From the NCBI GenBank assembly GCA_046761065.1, contig JBHIFL010000033.1, forward strand, positions 1-45,826: a DNA stretch of 45,826 bases. The letters are read 5' to 3'. The notes under the pieces are model-generated. The model was given only the letters and a program-made list of their open reading frames with translations, did no database searches and was not told the DNA's origin. The DNA comes from Candidatus Heimdallarchaeota archaeon (GTDB lineage: Archaea > Asgardarchaeota > Wukongarchaeia > Wukongarchaeales > JBHIFL01). Every line of letters begins with the position of its first letter. Position 1 is the first letter of the stretch. The position numbers were made by a program, and so were the translations under genes. This document shows positions 19,258-29,824 of this stretch, one piece after another.

Positions 19258-19398
19258 TATTGTTTTTAGCGAAAGAGAGTAAAATGGGTTTTGTTCCTCA
19301 ATCTACAAGAAGACATTGTAATTTGGTTCATTCAATAGATCAAACCATGCATTCCATAGCAAAAATAGCTACATTAACTGAAAGGAGGAACTTACGAG

Positions 19399-19828
19399 TC
19401 AACTGAAGCAAATAAAGCCGTTTTCTAGCAATTCTTTGAGAGGATCTTTAACCAGGGCAAGGTAGAGGTAGTTGATGACATTGTTACCGAGCAGGTTCTT
19501 CATCACGATGCCACAAGTCCTGAGCCCAAACACAAGAGCCCAGCAAGTTTCAAGCAAATAACCCGCCTTTTTCAAACTGCATATCCAGATCCAGATGCCC
19601 ACATCCCATTGTTTGATCTTATCGCAGAAGATGATAGGGTGGTGACACGCTGGGATGGGTCTACGTGGCACGCATCAAGGCATGTTCATGGATGTCCCAC
19701 CAACCGGAAAAACGGTAAGTATCAATGGCATTATCATTTACTGTTTGGTCGATCAAAAAATTGTAACATATTGAGGAACATTTGATCTTCGCTGGGTGCT
19801 GCAACAACTGGGCACGATTTCAGTGTAG
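19399..19828 (+). pseudogene. SnoaL-like ester cyclase pseudogene
   Basis: STEANKAVF*QFFERIFNQG...AYPD...LIAEDDRVVTRW / RGTHQGMFMDVPPTGKTV...LQQLG, with TAG at 19426, a frameshift near 19660 and TGA at 19772. AGGAGG lies upstream but there is no intact start codon. Confidence 0.85.
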
Positions 19829-20008
19829 GAATAAGAAAAGAGCGGAAAATACGACTCTCGTATAACCTCTATCGATTACTGGAAAGACTGATCCCTCTTA
19901 GGAGGATGACACATAGAAATAGCTAGACATGGATTTTGTAAACTTCGAAACTAAAATGGGTAGATTCTATCATTTTTTATTGCTGTGAGCACAAATCTTT
20001 TTGCAGTT

Positions 20009-20473
20009 TTAGTGCTGTACATGCTCCCATGTAGCATATCTTATAACGAATTCTTTTGCTTTTTTACAAAATTTCGAAAAGTTGTGCTTGAATTCTCTAG
20101 CTGCCGCAGGATTTAAAGGATCATCAGGGTTTGGATTATCCAATAAAAATCGAAGAACCTCTACAATTTCAACAAGAGTGTTTGCTGGAGTCCAATCCTT
20201 CCCAAGCAACCCTACGCAAACTCGGCCATCATCACGAATATTTGGGTGCCAAATCGGAGTTAACATCTGCACCCGTGGAGGAAGAAACGGGTATTCGCGT
20301 GGGATTTTAATCATTATTCTGAATACTCCCTCTTCATAACAACCCTGTGGTCCTAAAATATAGCCCTGCCACATTGTTAGGGTCCCCTCGACTGGCTGAA
20401 ATGTGGGTTCTTCTTTAATTAATTCGTCAGCTTCGATACTCAGCCTATCGTAAAACTCCTCCGTAGTTAGCAT
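20009..20473 (-). CDS. Ubiquitin-conjugating enzyme E2
   Basis: W.G.I.GP...YE.G.F, YPF.PP, WHPNI..GRVC (HPN plus catalytic Cys), W.PA and PNPDDPLN. Confidence 0.93.
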   Translation of the reverse strand: MLTTEEFYDRLSIEADELIKEEPTFQPVEGTLTMWQGYILGPQGCYEEGVFRIMIKIPREYPFLPPRVQMLTPIWHPNIRDDGRVCVGLLGKDWTPANTLVEIVEVLRFLLDNPNPDDPLNPAAAREFKHNFSKFCKKAKEFVIRYATWEHVQH

Positions 20474-21057
20474 TGCAAGCCCTACGTTTATTTTTTAAAT
20501 GCTGTTCTTTTAATTTTTGGCATCCACTCCAATTCTTTCCAAAAACCTAAGAGGGGTGGATTTATTATTGAAACAGTATTTCTATGGGATTTGATAATAT
20601 AGTTTTACCTTTTTTGGAAATCTGTTGTTGATAGAATCCTTAGGAACATCACCCTATTATTACTCATCTCAAATATTAACTGGAGATTCCCCTTGTAACT
20701 GAGTGGAGGAAAGGATGCTTTCTCATCAAATGATTTGTGAAAACTTAAAAATCAATTAAGCTTTTAAAGGAAGCCTAGAGAAAAACCATTTACATTATGT
20801 TTCGAAATTCGGTCGTTTATAATGGTGTCTCGTCTAAGTAGCAGAATTTTCGATATTCCATTTTATTAAGTAAGGAAATAGCACATAATACAGAGTTCGA
20901 ATTGGTAAACATCTCTAATTTTTAAGATTAAAAGGGGATAGATACAAGTTAATGAAGAAAATATGATGCGAAATTCTAAAAAGGATCTGATCCCTTCAAA
21001 TATGCGAGGAACTAAGCAAGTTTATTGGTACAGAGTTCTTTGAAGGTGGGCGATCTT

Positions 21058-21327
21058 ATGTCAGACCGGCCTGAAATATCTTCCTTCATGAAGTGGAAAG
21101 AAATTTGCGAATTTCTAAAGCAAGAAGCTAAAGATACTAAGGAAGTACGGCGTGAGGAGACCAGAGGACTTATTGCAGCAATTTTAGGTCTCTTAGGATC
21201 TACCTCCGATATAGCCACTTGGAAAGCAATGTGTGATCTATTGAGAAAGGAAGGGGGCAAAGAAGCAAGTCAGGAAGAAGAACGGGGACTTATTGCAGCA
21301 ATTCTACTTCTGGCAGCAAAAAAATAG
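21058..21327 (+). CDS. Small helical protein made of two internal ~40-aa repeats
   Basis: WKEICEFLKQE..EETRGLIAAILGL / WKAMCDLLRKE..EEERGLIAAILLL. The ATG at 21058 is preceded by AGGTGGG. Confidence 0.7.
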   Translation: MSDRPEISSFMKWKEICEFLKQEAKDTKEVRREETRGLIAAILGLLGSTSDIATWKAMCDLLRKEGGKEASQEEERGLIAAILLLAAKK

Positions 21328-21613
21328 CTGTGGTCAGATTCTATTCCGTGGGCTGATAAATAAAATCCGTTTAGAACCGTTTGGATCCAAAGGTGTCCGT
21401 TTATTGGCGAATTCCCCTAAAAATGACCAAACTACTATTAAAAAAGATTATCCATGAAAGGGTATTGAGATTCTCGTCTTGATTACATTGTTGAAGAGCG
21501 GAAGGTTATCTGTATTATCCTTGTATTTTAAAGCGAACATGACGGTATGGTTTTAGATCCTCGCATTCCTTTTAACCCTCTAGAGGATTGTCCTATGTCT
21601 TGGGGAAAAGCTA

Positions 21614-22141
21614 TTGATCTATCCAATTGTGAAATGTTCAATCGTGGGTAATGGCAGGGTGGGAAAAACATCGCTTTGTAATCATCTGATGGGAGAACGA
21701 ATTTCCACAACTTATGATATGACTGTGGGTGTTTCCATTCTAACCCACTGGATGCAAATCAATGGGACAGCGCTGAAGTTACTCTTATACGATTTGGCGG
21801 GCCAGCCCCATTTCAAGTGCGTCCGCCCCGCATTTTATGCTGGGACAAAATCAGCTGTGGTTGTATTTAGTTTGACAGATCGCGGATCGTTTTATGATGT
21901 GGAACATTGGTTGCGCGAACTTCAAAAGTGTGTAGGGCAAGTATCTCTCGTCCTTGTAGGCAATAAAAACGATCAACAACTGAAAAGAGAAGTTGATCCT
22001 TCCGAAACATCAACTCTTGCTCGAAAGATAGGAGTTCCCTATTTTGAAACGTCCGCAAAAACCGGATACAATGTGGAAAAGGTTTTTACGAAAGCTGCAT
22101 CTTTAGCTATGGATACGACGCCCCCATTGGCGGTCTTTTAG
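21614..22141 (+). CDS. Ras-superfamily small GTPase, Rab-like
   Basis: G1 GNGRVGKT, switch I YDMTVGV, G3 DLAGQ, G4 NKND, G5 ETSAK. No C-terminal Cys motif. Confidence 0.92.
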   Translation: MIYPIVKCSIVGNGRVGKTSLCNHLMGERISTTYDMTVGVSILTHWMQINGTALKLLLYDLAGQPHFKCVRPAFYAGTKSAVVVFSLTDRGSFYDVEHWLRELQKCVGQVSLVLVGNKNDQQLKREVDPSETSTLARKIGVPYFETSAKTGYNVEKVFTKAASLAMDTTPPLAVF

Positions 22142-22171
22142 GAGAAGAATTAAAAAGTAATAACCTGTTCT

Positions 22172-23284
22172 TTAAGGTTTTCTACGTTTCTTTTTCTTCT
22201 TAGGTCTCTGGAGCGGTTTTCCCCGTGTCAGAACGGCAGCAAGTACAAAAAAGGTAGTAGGTACTACAATAATAGCCATTATCAGGAGTTGGTGGAGCTC
22301 CCTTGTCCCCTTAGGAGGACGAGGTAAAATAGAGGGGGGTGGGTTAACTTCAATGACCAAGGAGTTTATTTCAACGGTTCGAGGTTCAGTTTCAACATGA
22401 ATAGAATATGTTATCGTCCCATTAGGGATAGTAAAGGTTCCATTCATACTGCTATTCACGATGTATTGGAATCGGACGGTCTCATTAATTGCGAAGGGTG
22501 TTGACCATGTATAGTTAATAAACTTCTCTGTAACATTTTCTTTAACGGTTTTCTCTATCACGCCTCCAGAGGCATTAAGGAGCGTTATTCCTTCTTTAGG
22601 AAATTTTTGGACATATGACACATTATATAGGCTGAAATTATGAAAGTTCCTCAGAATGAGCTCTATTGTCGCATTTTCGCCGAGAGTTATTGTACTTGCT
22701 CCTGAGATAATCACCTGGAACGCTTGCAAGTTCCCCGGGGCAAGTTTTCGAACATGGACTTTCACGGGGTTTGGTACAATCGTCTTTGTCAGATGTTCTC
22801 CTATAAGACGATAGGAAATTGTTCCGCTTAATGTAAAGGTTCCTTCATTCGTTCCATTTACAATATACCAGAACTCTAGGGTTTCATTAGTTCCTAGAGT
22901 CAACGGTTTGGAGGTTACAGGATCTTTCCAAGTATAATTGATAGTCTTTGTAGTGAAATTGGCTCCACCAAGTGCATCAACAAACCCAAGATCTTCAGGA
23001 AGCTCTTGATGGAAGTTTATATGCTCTATAGATGTGACATTATGATTTGTGATTGAGAGGGTTACAGTAGCATTTTGCTTTAAAAAGAGGGTTATAGAAT
23101 CATTAGATTTTTGCTTTAGATATTTTGGATCGGGAACTGCTTTTAGAGTTACTTCGACTTCTGCTTGGGGGGGCGCTTCCTCTTCCTGTTCCTGATTACC
23201 AATAAAAATACTCGAAGCGGTGAGAAGGTTTCCTACAAGCAGAAGTATTATGCCCAAACAGAGGAATATAAGTCGTTTTTTCAT
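22172..23284 (-). CDS. Membrane-anchored glycoprotein with two tandem Ig-like (TRAP-beta/BatD/DUF11-like) domains
   Basis: N-terminal signal/TM, two repeats of NAT..L...N....P.....INYTW...NET..F.YIVN....GTFT....I.Y, a C-terminal TM with poly-Lys/Arg tail, and many N-x-S/T sequons. Confidence 0.7.
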   Translation of the reverse strand: MKKRLIFLCLGIILLLVGNLLTASSIFIGNQEQEEEAPPQAEVEVTLKAVPDPKYLKQKSNDSITLFLKQNATVTLSITNHNVTSIEHINFHQELPEDLGFVDALGGANFTTKTINYTWKDPVTSKPLTLGTNETLEFWYIVNGTNEGTFTLSGTISYRLIGEHLTKTIVPNPVKVHVRKLAPGNLQAFQVIISGASTITLGENATIELILRNFHNFSLYNVSYVQKFPKEGITLLNASGGVIEKTVKENVTEKFINYTWSTPFAINETVRFQYIVNSSMNGTFTIPNGTITYSIHVETEPRTVEINSLVIEVNPPPSILPRPPKGTRELHQLLIMAIIVVPTTFFVLAAVLTRGKPLQRPKKKKKRRKP

Positions 23285-23836
23285 GATATGGCCTCAATGT
23301 AACGTAAGTTGTTATTTATCTTTGCTTTGTGAGCTATTTTAAGGATCAGTTTCGGGGTATTATATCTAGATAATTAATTTGTGAAAGGATGTTCGATTAT
23401 ACGAAAGATGAATAGATATCCCGTATAGATACAGTTTCACAAGAGTAGGGGTTCTATTAACACTCTTGCAAGTTGTGCTGAGGTATCTTTTTTTACTTTT
23501 TTCGATTGATTATTTTTTTTATCTAAAAGATGAATGAATCTTATGACTTTTTAAGTGCTCCCAAAGAATATTCGGCTCCTTTTTTGGGTATTTAGTTATT
23601 TAATATGACAAAAATGGGTATACTCTTATTTTCAGGGGTATTTCCTATTCTTGCATTCTAAGGGTAATCTAAAGCATTGGTTACAACGAAATATTCAGAT
23701 TTGCTATAGTGAACTACTTAATGTATTACTCTGGTGCATTTTCTCAATTCTTTTTATTCATGAAAAAATATTTATAACTCCCCCCAAATGGTCGCGCCAA
23801 CAAATATAATGGATTGAAAATTGATGGTGAAACTCT

Positions 23837-25045
23837 ATGAAAAACATTATGGTTTCTCTATCCAAACGGCAACCTATCAACCAAATGCCAACGGAAATGG
23901 TAGAACGAAAAGGAATTGGACATCCAGATACCATATGCGATGCGGCCTCGGAAGAATTAAGTCGAGCTCTCTCCCACTATTATCTAGAACACTACAGTCG
24001 TATTTATCACCATAATGTGGATAAAGCAGTGCTTGTTGGGGGACGTGTCGAAGTAAGATTTGGTGGGGGACGGCTTCTCGAACCAATCTATTTATTGATA
24101 GTTGGGCGTGCTGCAATGGAGATCATGAACGGAAAGAAGATAGAACGAATACCTGTTGGCTCATTAGCATTGGATTCGACTCAAAAATGGATCAAAAACC
24201 ATATGAGATTCCTAGATCCATCCAAACACATAATTATTGATTCAAAAATCCGTCCGGGTAGTATCGATTTGCAGGCAGTCTTTGATGAAGGGAAATCAGC
24301 TCCCTTGGCGAATGATACAAGCTTTGGGACAGCATTTGCCCCGTTCACAGAAACTGAACAACTCGTCTTAGAGACAGAGAGGTTGTTAAATAGTAAACAA
24401 TTCAAACAGAAATTACCTGAAGTCGGGGAAGATATTAAAGTCATGGCTTCACGCCTTGAAAATGAAATCCGATTAACAATCGCAGCAGCTATGATTGCTT
24501 CGCTAATCCCAGATAAAGACCATTATCAGAATGTCCACGAGGAAGTTCGTAATCAGATTGCAGACTTAGTTGTAAAAACGACTCCAAAGAATGTCACGAT
24601 TGATATAAATACCGGTGACAATCCCGAAAAAGACAGTTACTATCTAACATTAACAGGAACTTCAGCCGAACACGGCGATGACGGCCAAGTCGGCCGTGGT
24701 AACCGAACTACCGGCTTAATCACTCCCTATCGCCCCCAAAGTCTAGAAGCTGCATGTGGTAAGAATCCCATAAATCACACGGGGAAGCTCCTGAATATTG
24801 CCGCCCAAGTCATTGCAAAAAGGATCGATGCAGAAATTCACCCAATCGAGGCAAACGTCTACCTACTTTCGCAGATTGGCCAACCCATCACCGAGCCACA
24901 ACTTGCCAATGTGGAATTAATCTTGGAAGACGAAGCAAAGTTCAATGTAGCTAAGAACGATGTCGAAGCCATTATTGAAGAGGAACTCGACAGTTTACCT
25001 TATCTATGGAAGGGTATTCTGAAAGACTCCTACTCCCTTTTCTAA
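23837..25045 (+). CDS. mat: Archaeal-type S-adenosylmethionine synthetase
   Basis: EMVERKGIGHPDTICD, PLANDTSFG, GEDIKVM, YLTLTGTSAE.GD.GQVGRGNR and GKNP.NH.GK. Confidence 0.96.
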   Translation: MKNIMVSLSKRQPINQMPTEMVERKGIGHPDTICDAASEELSRALSHYYLEHYSRIYHHNVDKAVLVGGRVEVRFGGGRLLEPIYLLIVGRAAMEIMNGKKIERIPVGSLALDSTQKWIKNHMRFLDPSKHIIIDSKIRPGSIDLQAVFDEGKSAPLANDTSFGTAFAPFTETEQLVLETERLLNSKQFKQKLPEVGEDIKVMASRLENEIRLTIAAAMIASLIPDKDHYQNVHEEVRNQIADLVVKTTPKNVTIDINTGDNPEKDSYYLTLTGTSAEHGDDGQVGRGNRTTGLITPYRPQSLEAACGKNPINHTGKLLNIAAQVIAKRIDAEIHPIEANVYLLSQIGQPITEPQLANVELILEDEAKFNVAKNDVEAIIEEELDSLPYLWKGILKDSYSLF

Positions 25046-25095
25046 ATTGATGTAAACCGATTTTAATCCTTTCAGTTTGGGAACGATATAACGAC

Positions 25096-25113
25096 TATGG
25101 GGGAACCCCCATA
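25096..25113. repeat. Short perfect palindrome TATGGGGG-AA-CCCCCATA
   Basis: 8-bp arms in the mat-polB intergenic region. A related sequence lies at 29831-29851. Confidence 0.5.
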
Positions 25114-25208
25114 AAACTTCATAACTTCAACCTTTCATCTCACATTAGGCAAAACTTATTTGGTTTGCTCTTTTTCTGAACAGAATGAGAAATCCAGGAA
25201 GTTAAGAA

Positions 25209-27935
25209 ATGGATATTCCGCTTGATGCCTTTTTATTCAAGCCATCGAAACAAGGAAAAAAAGAAAAGAAAACACCTCAAAAAAGCACTTCCAAAGGAAC
25301 TGCAAGTTCCAAAGCAAGACCTAAATTGAAGAAGTCTCCCACATCAATCTCCAAAGAAAAAGAACAATTTCATTTAATTGGGGTTCAATATGACGGAAAA
25401 CTCCAAAAAGCATTAATGCAGTTCTATAACGATAGAACTGCTAGTATTGTCGAGATCTCTGACCCATACAACCATCATTCCTATTGTTTATCAGATCTCC
25501 CACCAGAGAGAATTATGGAGTTTAAGGCAATAAAGACTAACGAGAGAGTTTTAAAACCAATCCAAACCATTGAACGATTTGATCTAATCTCTGAACGCAA
25601 AAGAACATTTTCAAAAATTGAAGCGAGTGATCCTTTGACTATCGGAGGAACGCGGAATAGTGTTCGGGAGATTCTCCCAAGAGCTTGGGAAGCGAAAATT
25701 CGCTATCATCTAAATTACATTTATGATTTTCAACTTATCCCCAGTATGCCATATCGATTAACAAATGGGGAAATTGTGCGTCCTACCCTTGAAACAGATC
25801 GTGAGACGCAGGAAAAGATTAATGCAGTATTACAAGGAGAAATTGAAAAGCAGAAAGAACTTTCAGCAATTTTAAATGAATATTTACCACTTTTTGTTAC
25901 ACCTGTCCCAAATATTAAACGGGCTGCAATAGATGTAGAAATAACAAGTCCTTCAGCGGATACCCTGCCAGATCCTAAGCAAGCGGAGCAATCAATTATA
26001 TCTGTTGCGCTTGTTGGAAGTGACAGCAAGCGATATGTGTTTTTACTCCGAAGAAAAGGAACCTCAGAGGGTACCCGATCCGAGACTCTCCTTAAAGGAG
26101 TGCATTGTGTATTTTTTGAGGAAGAAAAAGAAGATGCCCTTTTAAGGCTCCTTTTTGCAAAGATGCATGAATATCCAATACTCTTGACATTTAATGGGGA
26201 TCGGTTCGATTTCTTGTATCTCTACAATCGAGCAAAGCGATTGGGTTTCCAAGAAAAGGATATTCCTCTCTCCCTCGGTAGGGATCAAGTGTACGTTGAC
26301 AAAGGGATCCATATTGACTTATACCGCTTCTTCTTTAATGCCTCCATTCGAATCTACGCCTTTAGTACGAAATACAAAGATGTTTCCTTAGATGCTGTCT
26401 CGTACGCACTGTTGGGTAAGGGCAAAATCGACTTGGATAGCCTTCCTCATGAACTTAGTCTCTATGACCTCGCCGCATACAACCTCCGTGATGCAGAGCT
26501 TACTTTAAATCTTACAACATTTGATAATAATCTAGCTTGGAATCTGATAATACTCCTCTCTCGAATTGTGAAACTCCCTCTAGAAGATTTGATTCGCACT
26601 GGTGTGTCCAAATGGATTGAAAACCTCTTCTATTTCGAACACCGGAAAAGGAACTATTTGATACCTTTGCCCGAGGAAGTCCGACGTGAAGGGGAAGCGG
26701 TCACAAAAGCCATCATTAAAGGGAAAAAATACAAAGGCGCTCTTGTTGTTCCTCCAAAAGCGGGTATCCACTTTAAGACAGTCGTCCTGGACTTTTCTAG
26801 CCTTTACCCGTCTATTATTAAAGTAACAAATCTCAGTTATGAGACCATCAATTGTTCTCACGTCGAGTGCAAAACCAATATCATTCCCGATACCCCTCAT
26901 TGGGTCTGCACCAAAAAATCAGGCCTAACTTCGCTGTTGGTAGGGTTCCTCCGAGATATTCGAGTCTTATGGTTTAAACAAGAAGCAAAAAACCCAAATC
27001 TTCCTCCTGCCCGCCGTAATCTCTTCCAAGTGGTCGAAAAAGCCTTGAAAGTGCTCCTCAATGCGAGCTATGGCGCATTTGGGGCGGCTCATTTTGCTCT
27101 CTATTGTCCAGCTGTCGCCGAAAGCACAACAGCCGTTGGCCGCGATGCTATCATGCAAACTATCGACAAAGCGCAAGATATTGGTGTGGAAATCCTTTAT
27201 GGAGACACTGATAGCGTGTTCCTTAAAGATCCTAACCCAGAACAAATCGAACAGTTGATTCAGTGGAGTATAGATGAACTCAAAATCCCACTCGACGTTG
27301 ATAAAGTGTATCGATATGTGGCTTTGAGTGATCGTAAGAAGAACTATTTAGGTGTATTCGAAGATGGCAGCGTCGATATTAAAGGTTTGATTGCAAAAAA
27401 ACGGAATACTCCACAGTTCGTTAAGGAAGCCTTTGCGCGAGTGACTCAAATTCTTGGAAATGTCCAAACCGAAGCGGAATTCCGTGACGCGAAAGAACAA
27501 ATCCGGGAAGTAGTTAAAGAGAGTTACCAGAAGCTTGAAAAAAGCGAATTATCTCTTGAGGAGCTTGCATTTCGAGTACAATTGAACAAACCGATTTCCA
27601 GCTATCACAAAACCACTCCCCAACATGTTAAGGCTGCTATCATGCTAGCTGAACGGCGTCTAAAACGCTTGCGATCGCAAGATGCTCCACTACCTGCTGC
27701 AACTGAAAAAGCCTCCCGAGATCTGATCGTTCCCCCTGGTACAATCATCTCCTATGTAAAAACTAGTGGCGGTGAAGGGGTACTCCCCGTGGAAGGGAGT
27801 CGTCGGGATGAGATTTCAATCGATGTCCCTCGTTATAAAGATTACGTGGAAACTACGTTCACCCAGATCCTCGACGCCATGGGAATCCCGTTCTCCGAAA
27901 TGCAACGTATCGTCTCGCTCGATTCATTTTTTTAA
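25209..27935 (+). CDS. polB1: Family B DNA polymerase, PolB1 (Dpo1)-like
   Basis: Exonuclease motifs AIDVE, FNGD.FD and YN..DA; AIIKGKKYKGA; DFSSLYPS; LKV.LNASYG; YGDTDS; KKNY; PQHVKAA. Confidence 0.93.
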   Translation: MDIPLDAFLFKPSKQGKKEKKTPQKSTSKGTASSKARPKLKKSPTSISKEKEQFHLIGVQYDGKLQKALMQFYNDRTASIVEISDPYNHHSYCLSDLPPERIMEFKAIKTNERVLKPIQTIERFDLISERKRTFSKIEASDPLTIGGTRNSVREILPRAWEAKIRYHLNYIYDFQLIPSMPYRLTNGEIVRPTLETDRETQEKINAVLQGEIEKQKELSAILNEYLPLFVTPVPNIKRAAIDVEITSPSADTLPDPKQAEQSIISVALVGSDSKRYVFLLRRKGTSEGTRSETLLKGVHCVFFEEEKEDALLRLLFAKMHEYPILLTFNGDRFDFLYLYNRAKRLGFQEKDIPLSLGRDQVYVDKGIHIDLYRFFFNASIRIYAFSTKYKDVSLDAVSYALLGKGKIDLDSLPHELSLYDLAAYNLRDAELTLNLTTFDNNLAWNLIILLSRIVKLPLEDLIRTGVSKWIENLFYFEHRKRNYLIPLPEEVRREGEAVTKAIIKGKKYKGALVVPPKAGIHFKTVVLDFSSLYPSIIKVTNLSYETINCSHVECKTNIIPDTPHWVCTKKSGLTSLLVGFLRDIRVLWFKQEAKNPNLPPARRNLFQVVEKALKVLLNASYGAFGAAHFALYCPAVAESTTAVGRDAIMQTIDKAQDIGVEILYGDTDSVFLKDPNPEQIEQLIQWSIDELKIPLDVDKVYRYVALSDRKKNYLGVFEDGSVDIKGLIAKKRNTPQFVKEAFARVTQILGNVQTEAEFRDAKEQIREVVKESYQKLEKSELSLEELAFRVQLNKPISSYHKTTPQHVKAAIMLAERRLKRLRSQDAPLPAATEKASRDLIVPPGTIISYVKTSGGEGVLPVEGSRRDEISIDVPRYKDYVETTFTQILDAMGIPFSEMQRIVSLDSFF

Positions 27936-28270
27936 CTAAGTTTTTGGTGCGCGAAGGCCCCGTAAAGTGTATGAGGTTTTCGCAATTTATTTCCAATATT
28001 TTGTTAAAAGTCCTATAATTTCGCTCCTAGTTGACCTAAAAGGAAAGTTATAGTTGTCTCCATCTCCAAGTATGTGTCTTCTCTCATAGATCCTACCACG
28101 AAGCGGATAGCTCCTCTTAGTTCGTAGATCTTCCATCTCGATAGGGTTCGGGAGTCCACCTGGTTCTTCTGCCCGTCTAGAGGATTCACAATCATTGGAA
28201 GTCAGATTATTGGTGGGCGATGGATTTTCTATCTGACATACAAGAATAAATTAACTACAGGTGAAGATAT

Positions 28271-28672
28271 TTAGAAATCGAAGTTTGTCGGAGGGATTTG
28301 TCCAAGTGCAATGAAAACATTCCGACAATCGCGAATATCCTCTAACCAAACGAGTTCGTTGTGACCATGGTATCGTGTATCATCACGTAATGCACCAAAA
28401 GTTACCACAGGGATTCCCACATCTGCGAGATACATGCCATCATCAAAGCCCAAATCTCCCCCTAGATAAAATTCTCGGTTCAATGTTTTTTTCGTTGTCT
28501 GGTGGAAAAACCTGACCCAGCGGTGCTCAGGGTCTGTGATATAACCATGAGCTTTATTGGTAATTGCGACTTCTACCTGTGTTCCCTGTTTTCCTGCAGT
28601 TTTTTCAATGAAATCGACTGCTGCATTTGTTGCTTCGTCGTCCACCTGGTATTTCTTCAGAACCGTATACAT
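28271..28672 (-). pseudogene. C-terminal fragment of an M20/ArgE-DapE family metallopeptidase
   Basis: DG.YL...GIPVVTFG....YHGHNE.V.LEDI matches the M20 C-terminus. The N-terminal metal-binding region is absent. Confidence 0.65.
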
Positions 28673-28762
28673 TTCACGAAAGAAGCAAATTTATGCCCAG
28701 TTTTTTTTGAAACGAAACCCTTTTTTGGCTGAAACTAATGAAAAACTTCAGAACTTTTATTC

Positions 28763-29824
28763 ATGATACATATAAACTTAAGCAGAGTGAACCAATTGGA
28801 AAATGAGGATGTTATTCGCCCGTTGCTGATCAAGGGCTGGGTTCTGACTATCGATCCTTATTCTGCAGGAATGCCTGAATCACCAGATGAGTTTATTGCA
28901 AAATATGGGGGAAGTACAGACGAAATAGCAATCCCTGCAAAGCATTGGCTTGGGACAACCCTTTATCGGAGTAGTGTTGCCCCAAACGACGAAAAATTCG
29001 GGAGTTTCTTCTCCGACTTCGCAAATATTGCTGCAGAAGTCGGTATTAAAGTGTATGCGATCTTTTCTGTCTTTTCAGATAGATATTTTGCACAAGATCC
29101 TCGCTATACGATTGTGAAAAGTGGAGGAGTCGAGGTCAAAGAATTTGTTTGTCCATCCCAAACATCATATTGGAAACATCTAGTATCAACCGCTAGAGAG
29201 GTTGTTCGGCATCCTATTACTGGAATTGTACTTTCAAAACTGATGTATCCCCGACAAGAGTTCTGTTTTTGTAAGAGGTGCCGCCGAGAATTTGCAGAAC
29301 TTGCAGGAATCGAGTTTGACTTTGTTTTGGAATCAATCACTCGAGATCCCGATCTTTATGAGAAATTTTTAACCTGGCGTGAAGAAAAAATCACTCAGGT
29401 GGTTTCAGAAATCGTTTCTGCAGTCAAAGAGGAAAAAAGCGACGTCGAAACCATAATCTCCATTGATTTTGATTCAAAAACCGATTTTCTCGAAGGAACA
29501 AGACCTCATTTTGGGCAAAATATCCCCAAACTTTCTGACCTCACGGGGCACTTGCTTTTCCACTTGATGCCTTTTGATCCCATTTATCCGGAAGAAGGCA
29601 GCGCCACCTACCGTAAAGTGGTGAATCAACTAGCATTTGCTAAAGAAATTAAGCGATCCGGTAGGAAATTAAGCCTCTTCATTTGGGGTGTGAAGCAGAG
29701 CACTGAAGAGGAAATCTTCTCCATTGAACAATTGGCTCGGGAAATTGGCACCGAAAAAATTTTTGCCCAAGCAGATTTTCCTGCGATTTACAGAGAATGG
29801 AGAGAAATTCAGAGTGGAATCTAA
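28763..29824 (+). CDS. Glycoside-hydrolase-like TIM-barrel protein with CFCxxC metal motif
   Basis: VCPS...Y, EVV..P.TGIVLS, CFCKRC..EF, F..WR...IT and GQN motifs typical of GH-like (GHL/GH42-related) barrels. Confidence 0.65.
   Translation: MIHINLSRVNQLENEDVIRPLLIKGWVLTIDPYSAGMPESPDEFIAKYGGSTDEIAIPAKHWLGTTLYRSSVAPNDEKFGSFFSDFANIAAEVGIKVYAIFSVFSDRYFAQDPRYTIVKSGGVEVKEFVCPSQTSYWKHLVSTAREVVRHPITGIVLSKLMYPRQEFCFCKRCRREFAELAGIEFDFVLESITRDPDLYEKFLTWREEKITQVVSEIVSAVKEEKSDVETIISIDFDSKTDFLEGTRPHFGQNIPKLSDLTGHLLFHLMPFDPIYPEEGSATYRKVVNQLAFAKEIKRSGRKLSLFIWGVKQSTEEEIFSIEQLAREIGTEKIFAQADFPAIYREWREIQSGI

Noticed and set aside
28013-28195. 60-aa minus-strand ORF after polB
   Set aside because: Short, with no motif and no supporting signals.
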